From assembly GCA_902500205.1 (NCBI GenBank), contig GCA_902500205.1_4868.1: DNA of 64,000 bases; one strand, 5' to 3'. The translations under genes and the position numbers were made by a program. Below are positions 54,612 through 63,246 of this stretch, piece by piece (the stretch's first letter is position 1; each line of letters begins with the position of its first letter). This DNA is from Escherichia coli. Lineage in GTDB: Bacteria; Pseudomonadota; Gammaproteobacteria; Enterobacterales; Enterobacteriaceae. The notes below the pieces were generated by a model. It was given only the letters and a program-made list of their open reading frames with translations, searched no databases and was not told where the DNA came from.

Positions 54612-56108
54612 ATGGGGTTGTATACAGAACCTTCAATGGAACTGCTCTGCCAACAAATTGTGCGTGACAATCCCGGTTTAGCAGGAAAAATCACCGCTGA
54701 CTCCGTTGGGGTCAGGGGTGTTCCTGTTGCGAGAAACGTTAACGGACGAAACACACAGATTACGTTGGTAGGAAAACCTGGTAAAGGATTTGCTGGGGAA
54801 ATAACGGTATATTACGACCGGTTGAATCTGGCCAGTCTGTTCAAGTCTGGCCCGAATATGGTGAGTATTCCACGTAGCGCACAAACCCATGCGGAAGCGT
54901 TACCGGCGTTCAATGAATTGAACGGGTTGAACTTAACCGCGAGTGACATCACCAGTCCAAACGTTGCATTAATGAAATACGCTACGCCGGAAACTATAAC
55001 TCTGACGGCGCACGCTAACTCCTTGTGCTATACCGGGTCATGCAAGATGACCTATGTTTACGAACCGATTGCGATGTATCCGAAGTCGGGCCCTGGGCCA
55101 AAAGGATTAATGGCCGGTAATGAGTTATACGGATTCTTTGGGCTGGTAAGCGCGGAAGAGTTATTCACATCTGATGAAATGGTGTATGCCCTCTATAACG
55201 GCACCAACTGGCCTAACCGCTACGCTATCAAGTGGCTCAAATTCTTTCTGAATGGGGCGGTAGTGTTTGTTCCGACCCGTGCGATTTGCAACGTTACCTG
55301 GGCAGACCTGTACAACAAGGGTGCAATATTTGATTCCGGAGACGCAGGACCTCGCCCGAAGTCGACTTACACACCTGTCGATGTTGAACAGTTGAAATAC
55401 ATGGTAAAACGGGATGATGAAGGAACGCATTATTTCAGAATGTCTATCCCGTATTACACCGAGAACGCCGCCGCGCCTGATTGGAGTAAACCGCCGTCAA
55501 TCACCTCTATCCTGTCACTGACCAGCAAATTGGGGTCGGTGAACGTATATGGGGAATGGGGAACTCTTAGCACGACTGATGCTAACTTCCTGGATTCCGT
55601 GTGGTTACGACACCAGTTCGGTGCCGACCAAGCGTATTACCAGTCTATCAGTGGGAGCTATCGTTCATACACCTACATCTACACCTCTTCTGGCTTTTGG
55701 CCAATCCTGGAGATGTTTGATGTTGCCAATGAACCTGTGCCGTTGATTGACGAAGGTGCAGAACTAACATGGGCACCGTCCGTGGTTACTCTGACGGACA
55801 TCGACCAAAATGAATCGCTTCGTGTGGTGCCTATTACGGAAACCTCCGCTGCAGCGAATCCACGTCCGTTAGTTTTCAACACCGACAACACCGAAACTGC
55901 CACCCCTGCCTGGGTGCGGGAAGCGTCATCAGACTCACCACGTCCTCTGCTTGCCACGACGGACAATGATGAACGTGCATATTCCGTCGCGGTAACAGGC
56001 ATGGCTAGCGTTAAGATTAGACCGATTATTCTCACGACTGACCAAATCGCCCAACCTTCAAAAATTACTCTGGGCGATACTAACGGTGAGTTGGATGGAT
56101 TCCAATAA
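54612..56108 (+). CDS. Cassette gene A2: long fibre-like protein
   Basis: Paralog of A1; 'YPKSGPGPKGLMAGNELYGFFG'; ends 'TNGELDGFQ'. Confidence 0.85.
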   Translation: MGLYTEPSMELLCQQIVRDNPGLAGKITADSVGVRGVPVARNVNGRNTQITLVGKPGKGFAGEITVYYDRLNLASLFKSGPNMVSIPRSAQTHAEALPAFNELNGLNLTASDITSPNVALMKYATPETITLTAHANSLCYTGSCKMTYVYEPIAMYPKSGPGPKGLMAGNELYGFFGLVSAEELFTSDEMVYALYNGTNWPNRYAIKWLKFFLNGAVVFVPTRAICNVTWADLYNKGAIFDSGDAGPRPKSTYTPVDVEQLKYMVKRDDEGTHYFRMSIPYYTENAAAPDWSKPPSITSILSLTSKLGSVNVYGEWGTLSTTDANFLDSVWLRHQFGADQAYYQSISGSYRSYTYIYTSSGFWPILEMFDVANEPVPLIDEGAELTWAPSVVTLTDIDQNESLRVVPITETSAAANPRPLVFNTDNTETATPAWVREASSDSPRPLLATTDNDERAYSVAVTGMASVKIRPIILTTDQIAQPSKITLGDTNGELDGFQ

Positions 56109-56120
56109 GAGGTAACGACA

Positions 56121-57107
56121 ATGGCTTTTACAATTCGTTGGACGAACAATAACCCTGGGGCTTCGACCGTGAAGCTGTACCGCGACACCAAACCTCTGGT
56201 GCGTACGGCATTACCTGAACCTCTGGCAACGTTCACTAACGGGGAAACTGAGTATACTGACCGAACAGCGATACTGGGGACAACGTATTACTACATGACC
56301 ACTGTGACAGTGGGAAGCCGAACACTGTTCAGTCCGCAGAAATCAATTCTGATTCAGAACCGTCGCGGTATCGGCATCGTGACTCCACAGTACGGTGATG
56401 ACCGCTTTGCGTATTACGGGTATGTGGCGTACGGTGAATTGCCTAGCGCGGCTGATTATCCGCCAGGGTTTGTGGCCATTTCTGGATATGACCCAACTGT
56501 TAAGCCGGGCTTGATTAAGTTCCAGCTAGACGGTAAAATTCTGTATCTGTTTAGTGGTCTTCGTGTGAACGGCAACACGCTGTATAGCCGTGATGCGATT
56601 TATAACGCGGGTTTGCTGTACGGTGTGGAGGGACCTGGTCCGGAAGGCGGTCATGGTGATTTACCTGACGTTGACCAGGCTGGGGAGTTTACGTGGTTGG
56701 GTGACCGCTATCGGATGCGCCTGCTGCGCGGGTTAACGCTCGACAGTGAAAGCCCGGTCATGACACTCGACGCACAGTGGAACGGTAAACTCCATGACGC
56801 GTCACCGTATACTGCCGATAGCGAATACAACCGACTCATCTATGGGATAAGTAGCTGGTTCCCAGAAAAGAAAAAAGTGATGTCCCTGATAAAGTGGTCG
56901 AACACCAGCATATTCGGAAGTGGATCGCTGGTGGCAGGCCGTGGGGCGCATTGTCAGGAGTTTGACCCAGACAGTAAGTTGGGGCTGACGCGCGGATGGG
57001 CGGCGGCGGATTCCACTGATACCGTGGATAACCTCCAGCGTATACAACATGTCCCTGCGACCGTGGGCGGTATTTGGATTCCAGTAATCGAGCTTATCGA
57101 GGATTAA
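56121..57107 (+). CDS. Cassette gene B2
   Basis: Paralog of B1. Confidence 0.85.
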   Translation: MAFTIRWTNNNPGASTVKLYRDTKPLVRTALPEPLATFTNGETEYTDRTAILGTTYYYMTTVTVGSRTLFSPQKSILIQNRRGIGIVTPQYGDDRFAYYGYVAYGELPSAADYPPGFVAISGYDPTVKPGLIKFQLDGKILYLFSGLRVNGNTLYSRDAIYNAGLLYGVEGPGPEGGHGDLPDVDQAGEFTWLGDRYRMRLLRGLTLDSESPVMTLDAQWNGKLHDASPYTADSEYNRLIYGISSWFPEKKKVMSLIKWSNTSIFGSGSLVAGRGAHCQEFDPDSKLGLTRGWAAADSTDTVDNLQRIQHVPATVGGIWIPVIELIED

Positions 57108-57109
57108 TC

Positions 57110-58009
57110 ATGCCTATTACATTAAACTTTGCACAACGGAAGCCACAGGCGCTCGATAACATTGAAATCTATCGCAAGACGCCGGGCAACGCCACCATTG
57201 ATGTTAATGCACCGGGAACGCCTCTGGCAACCCTTCCGGGTGACGCTACATCGTACGAAGACAACGCTGTGGAAAACAACACCACTTACCGTTATTGGAT
57301 AGCTGCGGTTAAAGACGGTGAGCGTGTCTTCAACACCCCTACCGCCCAAGGGTTCTTTTTAGACACCGGGCCTGGCCCCCAGAAACTGTTATACGGCGAC
57401 TGGCACGCCGGATACTTTGGAACAGTAACGCCAGCAGAGTTATTCACTAACGCGGAACTGAACAGCCTCGTGGTGAATATGTTCAGTTCCGCCGTTGGTG
57501 CCTGGCATAAGTTCATTTACAAAAACCGTATTCTGTTTATGTCCGATAACTCGATAATATACGCTAGCCCGCAGTTCATTTATAACCAGGGGCTGATGTA
57601 CGGCCAGGATGGCAACGGATATGTGCCGAGCTGGGCTAGTGCACGTAACCAACGCCGCACGGTGACGAAAAACGGTTACGAATACGTGGTGCGCTTGCCG
57701 TATTTGTTCGACTACAAATACTGGACGTCTTTCGTTGGAAGCGGTAACACCGAGTTGTATCTCGACGGTGAGTGGTTTAACACCTTCGCGCGCCTGTACA
57801 ACTACAGTGGGCAGTTTCCGCGCTTTGACGACATTCCGGTCGGTCCAATCGATTCGGTTACTGCCCAACAATCTGCATTCTTTGCGGCTATGAATAACTT
57901 GTCCGCTCAGTGGTACAACCGTCCACCCTACCCAGAGTCGCCGTCATGGGGTAACTACGGTACCGATACAATACGCTCTATTGCGGTACTTGAACTCGTT
58001 CTGCCTTAA
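57110..58009 (+). CDS. Cassette gene C2
   Basis: Paralog of C1; ATG 57110 after 'gagga' (track start 57074). Confidence 0.8.
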   Translation: MPITLNFAQRKPQALDNIEIYRKTPGNATIDVNAPGTPLATLPGDATSYEDNAVENNTTYRYWIAAVKDGERVFNTPTAQGFFLDTGPGPQKLLYGDWHAGYFGTVTPAELFTNAELNSLVVNMFSSAVGAWHKFIYKNRILFMSDNSIIYASPQFIYNQGLMYGQDGNGYVPSWASARNQRRTVTKNGYEYVVRLPYLFDYKYWTSFVGSGNTELYLDGEWFNTFARLYNYSGQFPRFDDIPVGPIDSVTAQQSAFFAAMNNLSAQWYNRPPYPESPSWGNYGTDTIRSIAVLELVLP

Positions 58010-58020
58010 CAGGAGACTTC

Positions 58021-58056
58021 ATGGGATTGTATAGCGCACTTTACCATAACAGCTAA
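58021..58056 (+). pseudogene. Vestigial 5' stub of an A-type cassette gene (11 codons)
   Basis: 'aggagacttcATGGGATTGTATAGC...' mirrors the A2 start 'ATGGGGTTGTATAC...' (both MGLY...); runs into TAA after 11 codons, directly before a terminator. Confidence 0.5.
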
Positions 58057-58088
58057 AAATAGGCCCTTCGGGGCCTATTTTCTTTTTT
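58057..58088 (+). terminator. Intrinsic terminator (TTCG loop)
   Basis: 'aaataggccc-ttcg-gggcctattt' followed by 'tcttttttag'. Confidence 0.85.
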
Positions 58089-58099
58089 AGGACGTTGCA

Positions 58100-59419
58100 A
58101 TGATCAACTATAACAAACCTGTCATGCAACTGGTTTGGGATCAGATTAATCGTGATAACCCGCAGCTCAAGAAACCGCTCAACGCAACCAACGTGGCGTT
58201 ATTACAAGGTCCTTTAACCAATGCCTTGCGCGATGGTCGCAACAGCCGTATCGTGGTAAACGGATTACAGGGTGGTGGTTACAGCGGTAAGATGGACATC
58301 TACTACGACCGCTTAAACCTTTCGCAGTATTTTAAAGGCGTCAGCGTACCGGTTAAAGTACCTTATCGGGCGACGGTCTACCGCGACATCATCGATCGGA
58401 TTTCCGCAGCTTGTGGGTTGGTGCTTACTGCTGACGATTTAACGTATCCTGACAGCCAGTTTGCAATGATCACTGTGGCAACGGGCGATCGGACGGTGGC
58501 GATTAAATCGGATAACCCCGCATTCACGGGTTATATTCCTATTAGCTTTATTCGTGAAGAGCCCAGCTTTGCCGACTTGTACCACACCACCGAAACCGGA
58601 GCTTGGGAACCCATGGATGTTTACAGCACGGTCTATCGACTCGACTGGAGCATGTACACTCAACAGATAATCAATATCCCAATGGGTACCCCGCTGCGAC
58701 TAAACAGTAACTCGTACATGACCCAGTTCATCGCGGCGCTGTCGGCATGGTCGGGCATCCCGTTCACTATCGGTAATGCTGCTACTGATAACCCGTATGA
58801 CCTCTATGGGTATGTCGCTACACGCAATAACAACCCAGGCTTAGACCCTGATATGCGTGGGGAGTACAAATACTGCGTGAAGTTGACGCCACCTGAGGAT
58901 ATGGGTAATCTCCGCCGTCCGTTCTTCTTGCACTTTGGTCCGAAAAATAACGTGGCCTATTTGGCGCAGGAAGAGGACGTCGAGCGTTATGCGCGTTACA
59001 TGAGTTTCCGGGAAACCAGCCCAAATTCGATGAGCGTCACGTTGTATCAAAACGAGTACGTGTTGACTCGGGCAGAATCGCCTGAAACAGCGGATGATTT
59101 AACGGGTTCCCCGTATGGCACTCGATACTGTACCGGGAGTATTCGACGGCTGATGCAACACGCGTTTCCGACCGAAGAGATGTTCCAAGAAAGTATTGCT
59201 AACCGACGTCGGGTACTGTACCACACTGCTTACACCACCACGACATCAGCTATTACTTACCAGGGATTATACCGTAACGGATACCAATCCAAACAAATGA
59301 CGAGCCTCTACTCGAATTACTGTAACTATTTCATCTATTACGACCCAAGCAAAGGCGGCTATATGGTCTACAGTCCATATAGCAAAACCGCCCCGGTCCC
59401 TTGGTATCCACCGCTATAG
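58100..59419 (+). CDS. Fibre-like protein (439 aa) with family N-domain and distinct C-terminus
   Basis: 'GRNSRIVVNGLQGGGYSGKMDIYYDRLNLSQYF'; C-terminal 'YSPYSKTAPVPWYPPL'. Confidence 0.85.
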   Translation: MINYNKPVMQLVWDQINRDNPQLKKPLNATNVALLQGPLTNALRDGRNSRIVVNGLQGGGYSGKMDIYYDRLNLSQYFKGVSVPVKVPYRATVYRDIIDRISAACGLVLTADDLTYPDSQFAMITVATGDRTVAIKSDNPAFTGYIPISFIREEPSFADLYHTTETGAWEPMDVYSTVYRLDWSMYTQQIINIPMGTPLRLNSNSYMTQFIAALSAWSGIPFTIGNAATDNPYDLYGYVATRNNNPGLDPDMRGEYKYCVKLTPPEDMGNLRRPFFLHFGPKNNVAYLAQEEDVERYARYMSFRETSPNSMSVTLYQNEYVLTRAESPETADDLTGSPYGTRYCTGSIRRLMQHAFPTEEMFQESIANRRRVLYHTAYTTTTSAITYQGLYRNGYQSKQMTSLYSNYCNYFIYYDPSKGGYMVYSPYSKTAPVPWYPPL

Positions 59420-59433
59420 ACTAAGGTGCCACC

Positions 59434-61611
59434 ATGTCCTACACTCCTGATTTAGTGGCGACCGTGATTCGGTCGCTCAACCGTAAAAACGCGGTCGCCA
59501 GAGCAGTAGACCCCGCTAACGTACGCCTGGTGTCCGTGGCGCATCGTGACGAAAAAACCCTAGACGTCACACTGACAGGGGGTCCGGGGTATTCTAGTTA
59601 CGGTCAAATTACGGCCCAGGTCACGAAGCAAAATATTGCTGATTATTTCGCTAAGGTTAAGTTGGATGCCATTCCCACTTGTGCGTCCATCCACGAACTG
59701 TTGCCACATTTAGACACTCTACTAGGGATTACCTTTTTAACCGACGACTTTGAAGACCTGCCCATCACTTGGACAAACAATGCTGCGCGCATCACGTTCC
59801 AGGCGAAACAGACAAGTCTTATCTGGTACGGCAGCCAAACGCTAGATGTGATAAACGGTGACGTGGATATCAACACTGTCTACACTGTTACCAATATCAT
59901 TTTCACGCTAAAGGCTGCGAATAAACAGCAGTGGATTAACTTCTACTCTAATGCAGCCAAACGGATCGTGGATCTTGATAAAGTCGATGTCAGCGCCCCG
60001 ATGTCCCCGGAGGATATAGGCCAAACCTCTGCGTATAACAGCGTCGTAGCTTTGACCGCTAGACCGGGGAGCGGGATGTTTGGAACGAAGTATGTGTTCT
60101 TCTCACGTAACAAACTCGAGACATATGCAGGCAAAACCACATACGTCCCGGACGATTTCACCGGTAGCCTGCATGATGCTCTGGCCATCGAGACACTCGG
60201 CATTCGGAGTGTTTTTGATGTAAACGAAATTGCTCCTGTAGAGAACCTGACAGGCGAGTGGCCGAGACAAGTGCAATTGGCACCCGTAGAGGGTTCGTAC
60301 AAAGTCATGGGCAGCGCCACGTTGAATGTGGCACGCTATCAAGATAACGAGCAAACCCTTAACCTGAACTACACAACTACGTCGCAACTTTCGGACAGCT
60401 ACTGGGCCACAACGTTGATCAACCATGCGGCCTGCGGGCGTTTGTTTGTTAACGTGACCGTAGATGCGGGGGCTTTCGTTTATCGCGACAGCAACCTGAA
60501 ACCGACGTTCGTTATCGACGAATTGCCGCAAATTGGCGAGGTGGTTTGGAACTTCGTTAACCGGGGAACCATTCTTGGTCGTGGTGGTTCGGGTGTGGTC
60601 TACTCTATGCCTGCGAACACATCAGCGGACGGAGCTGACGCAATCCACATTAGCGATACCTTCCGTGGCAAAGTCACCATCGAAAACTACGGCACCATCG
60701 CCGGTGGTGGGGGTGGGGGCGACTACTATGCGTTTAGCACCACCAAGATCGGTGGAGCTGGTGGTGCGCCTCTCGGGCCAGGCGCGGCGGTGCCCAGCGA
60801 CACCAATAACCGTAACGGCTTAGCTGGGTCCCGTGACAAAGGCGGTGCTACCCAGTTAGTCGTCGCGCAATTTACCGGCTACCAGAGTCGCTACTATGGC
60901 GGTCCGGGTGGGGATTGGGGCCAGCCGGGACGTTATACAGCGTTCGAGCAATGGAACACCCCGGCTACCGGCTCGCCGGTCTATGTCTACGGTCGTGAAG
61001 ACGGGATGTCATGGACTCGCCCTGGGATGGCAGGCGAAGCCGTCGGTGGGAATAAAAGTATCGTCAACTGGGTATCCGTCGGAACGGTGAAACCGAATGT
61101 CACCGACGAGTACCAAGAGTTCCTCGACTACCTCGCAGATTTAGATGCCAACCGACTGGCTAGTGCGGATGGGATAGATAAAGTCACCGACCCAACCAAA
61201 CCTGTAGTTGTGGAGTTCTTAGGTACGATTATTTCAGGTACGCTGTTCAAAAAGCAAAACATACCCGGCGGTTTGGTGGGAACACCATACGGCGATGCTG
61301 TAGCCAACTTACCAGCCACCACATTGTTTGGTATCATGGCACACTGTGTATCGGAGTTTGATATTGTGCACGACACTTGGCGTTACAACCGCGCGGTAAT
61401 GTTCACGCTAAAACCCGCACCTACCGGGGCGATTAGCCTCGCTGTGGAACGCAACCGGGTGAAATCGGCTACCAGTAGTGCACCGGTGGAGAAGTTCTAC
61501 GTCGATCGCTTCGTGTATTACGATGCGTATCTCGGTAAAATGATGGAATGTAATCCGTATACCAAATCTGCCCCTAAACCGTGGGTGCGGCCAACGATAC
61601 CGTTATCGTAA
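59434..61611 (+). CDS. Large fibre-like protein (725 aa) with Gly-rich segment
   Basis: Family-like N-terminus; 'GGGGGGDYYAFSTTKIGGAGGAPLGPGAAVPS'; C-terminal 'NPYTKSAPKPWVRPTIPLS' echoes the previous gene. Confidence 0.85.
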   Translation: MSYTPDLVATVIRSLNRKNAVARAVDPANVRLVSVAHRDEKTLDVTLTGGPGYSSYGQITAQVTKQNIADYFAKVKLDAIPTCASIHELLPHLDTLLGITFLTDDFEDLPITWTNNAARITFQAKQTSLIWYGSQTLDVINGDVDINTVYTVTNIIFTLKAANKQQWINFYSNAAKRIVDLDKVDVSAPMSPEDIGQTSAYNSVVALTARPGSGMFGTKYVFFSRNKLETYAGKTTYVPDDFTGSLHDALAIETLGIRSVFDVNEIAPVENLTGEWPRQVQLAPVEGSYKVMGSATLNVARYQDNEQTLNLNYTTTSQLSDSYWATTLINHAACGRLFVNVTVDAGAFVYRDSNLKPTFVIDELPQIGEVVWNFVNRGTILGRGGSGVVYSMPANTSADGADAIHISDTFRGKVTIENYGTIAGGGGGGDYYAFSTTKIGGAGGAPLGPGAAVPSDTNNRNGLAGSRDKGGATQLVVAQFTGYQSRYYGGPGGDWGQPGRYTAFEQWNTPATGSPVYVYGREDGMSWTRPGMAGEAVGGNKSIVNWVSVGTVKPNVTDEYQEFLDYLADLDANRLASADGIDKVTDPTKPVVVEFLGTIISGTLFKKQNIPGGLVGTPYGDAVANLPATTLFGIMAHCVSEFDIVHDTWRYNRAVMFTLKPAPTGAISLAVERNRVKSATSSAPVEKFYVDRFVYYDAYLGKMMECNPYTKSAPKPWVRPTIPLS

Positions 61612-61614
61612 TTT

Positions 61615-61644
61615 AACGAGGAACTTGACGGGTTTAAAGCCTGA
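61615..61644 (+). pseudogene. Vestigial 3' stub of an A-type cassette gene
   Basis: 'aac gag gaa ctt gac ggg ttt aaa gcc tga' (NEELDGFKA*) mirrors the A1/A2 ends 'NGELDGFK*' / 'NGELDGFQ*'. Confidence 0.5.
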
Positions 61645-61657
61645 AGATAAACCATGC

Positions 61658-61689
61658 CCTCTTCCCCACGGGGAAGAGGCTTTCTTTTT
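61658..61689 (+). terminator. Intrinsic terminator
   Basis: 'cctcttccc-cacg-gggaagagg' followed by 'ctttcttttt'. Confidence 0.8.
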
Positions 61690-61716
61690 ATGACCCTATC
61701 AACTCAGGAGGTTATC

Positions 61717-62307
61717 GTGGTCGATCGTTGGAGTAAAGAGGGCATTATTCGTGCCAAAGTAAACATCGAAGCCGGTTACGTTAATAACCCGAAAGATTTG
61801 GGTAAAGCAACGAACCGTGGTGTCACCGAACTCACGGCGCGTGAATATGGCTATAAAGGGGATATGCGTGACCTGAGCTTAGAAATCGCGTTAGACATTT
61901 ACAACAAGCTCTGGTGGCAGCGAATGCGTTTAGACCAGATTATGAAAATGAATGTCCTGCTAGCTGACCGGATGTTTGACTTCGGCATTAACGCAGGACG
62001 CGGTAACTGTATCAAGTCCCTGCAACGTATTCTGAACGTATTAAACCGTCAGGGTAAACTATACGATGATATCGATGCCGATGGTGGTATCGGGCCACGT
62101 ACGTTAACAGCGTTAGAAGGCTTCATCAAAGCCCGTGGGGAAGAGGGCCTGAATCGACTGATGTTCGCTTTAACCTGTCATCAGGTTGCGTATTACACGG
62201 AAATCAGTGAAGGGCGTGAGGATAACGAAGAGTTTACTTACGGCTGGTATGGCCGCGTCTATCAGGAAATGCCAGACTACGTGGCTAAGTTGGGGATGTG
62301 CAAATGA
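61717..62307 (+). CDS. Endolysin candidate: GH108-type muramidase with peptidoglycan-binding-like C-terminal region
   Basis: 'GYVNNPKDLGKATNRGVT...IYNKLWWQ...FDFGINAG...DADGGIGPRTLTAL' fits the GH108/PG-binding arrangement; 'aggagg' SD before GTG 61717 (ATG 61690 alternative). Confidence 0.6.
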   Translation: MVDRWSKEGIIRAKVNIEAGYVNNPKDLGKATNRGVTELTAREYGYKGDMRDLSLEIALDIYNKLWWQRMRLDQIMKMNVLLADRMFDFGINAGRGNCIKSLQRILNVLNRQGKLYDDIDADGGIGPRTLTALEGFIKARGEEGLNRLMFALTCHQVAYYTEISEGREDNEEFTYGWYGRVYQEMPDYVAKLGMCK

Positions 62308-62405
62308 AACAGAATTGGTTTGCTGCCTTAATGAAAGCTATCTGGCGCGCCCTTGTTTTTGCCGCAAGGAGAAAACGTAATGACCCACCGTCCAACTCCG
62401 CCTAA
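62304..62405 (+). CDS. Micro-ORF (33 aa), amphipathic/basic; lysis-accessory candidate
   Basis: ATGA overlap with endolysin stop; MKQNWFAALMKAIWRALVFAARRKRNDPPSNSA. Confidence 0.25.
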   Translation: MKQNWFAALMKAIWRALVFAARRKRNDPPSNSA

Positions 62406-62532
62406 GTTCCCCGAAGTACAAACCGTTCCGGAAACGTATTACGATTCTGGGTTCTTCAAACTATTACGCGCGATCTTCTGTCGGAGGGTAAAACCATGCA
62501 ATACGACAACGACGACTGGCCGAAAGGCTTAA
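62380..62532 (+). CDS. Small ORF (50 aa) with strong SD
   Basis: 'caaggagaaaacgtaATG'; overlaps the next small ORF in another frame. Confidence 0.3.
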   Translation: MTHRPTPPKFPEVQTVPETYYDSGFFKLLRAIFCRRVKPCNTTTTTGRKA

Positions 62533-62588
62533 TGCCCATTTTACTGGGATTAATGGTCCTCACGATGCTCGTGCGTTATATGACGTGA
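62496..62588 (+). CDS. Micro-ORF (30 aa) with single TM helix; holin/spanin-like candidate
   Basis: 'ggagggtaaaaccATG'; 'GLMPILLGLMVLTMLV'. Confidence 0.3.
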   Translation: MQYDNDDWPKGLMPILLGLMVLTMLVRYMT

Positions 62589-62595
62589 GGTCAGT

Positions 62596-63237
62596 ATGGA
62601 AGCACTTAAGTATAAGTTGTTAGAGAAGCCGTGGTTTATCCTCACGGATGATTTCCATTTCGAGTTTACGTTGCGCAGCCTCTATCGTGAACAGACCGGA
62701 ATGGATGCGATGGTAGCATTAGCAGGTGTGCATCCGGATACCCCGTTATGGGTAACGGTACCGAGAGGATTTGTGACGGACCTGGCAAGCATTCCAGAAG
62801 CGTTACGTCCTATCCTGCATCCGGATGGGCCTTGGGCTGCTGCCGCTTGTGTGCATGATTTGTTTTACCAGAAACGTTCATCGGTAGGCTTTTACCCTGA
62901 CACCGTTGAAGGTAATCTATCTCGTGCTTGCGACAAAACATTCGCTGACCTGATGTTCTTACGCATCATGGAGGCATTAGGCGTTGACACCTTTATTCGT
63001 AAGTCCTTCTACCGTGCCGTTCACGAGTTTGGTTGGCCGTCCTATGTAGACGATAACTCTAAGGTGGTTTATAGCCGGCCGGTAGAAAAGACGTTGTCCT
63101 ATAATCGCAACTACCTGTTCTTTAGAACGTCGCGTACGTTAGCGATTCCTGAACACGAACGTGTTGACATTACTAATGGGCAACCGGTAAACGTGCAGTA
63201 TTTGAATATCAAACGTGCGTTCCTGACTACCCCTTAA
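62596..63237 (+). CDS. DUF1353-like protein
   Basis: 'GFVTDLASIP...AAACVHDLFY...ADLMFLRIMEALGV...YRAVHEFGW' matches the DUF1353 pattern. Confidence 0.6.
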   Translation: MEALKYKLLEKPWFILTDDFHFEFTLRSLYREQTGMDAMVALAGVHPDTPLWVTVPRGFVTDLASIPEALRPILHPDGPWAAAACVHDLFYQKRSSVGFYPDTVEGNLSRACDKTFADLMFLRIMEALGVDTFIRKSFYRAVHEFGWPSYVDDNSKVVYSRPVEKTLSYNRNYLFFRTSRTLAIPEHERVDITNGQPVNVQYLNIKRAFLTTP

Positions 63238-63246
63238 GGAGAGAAA

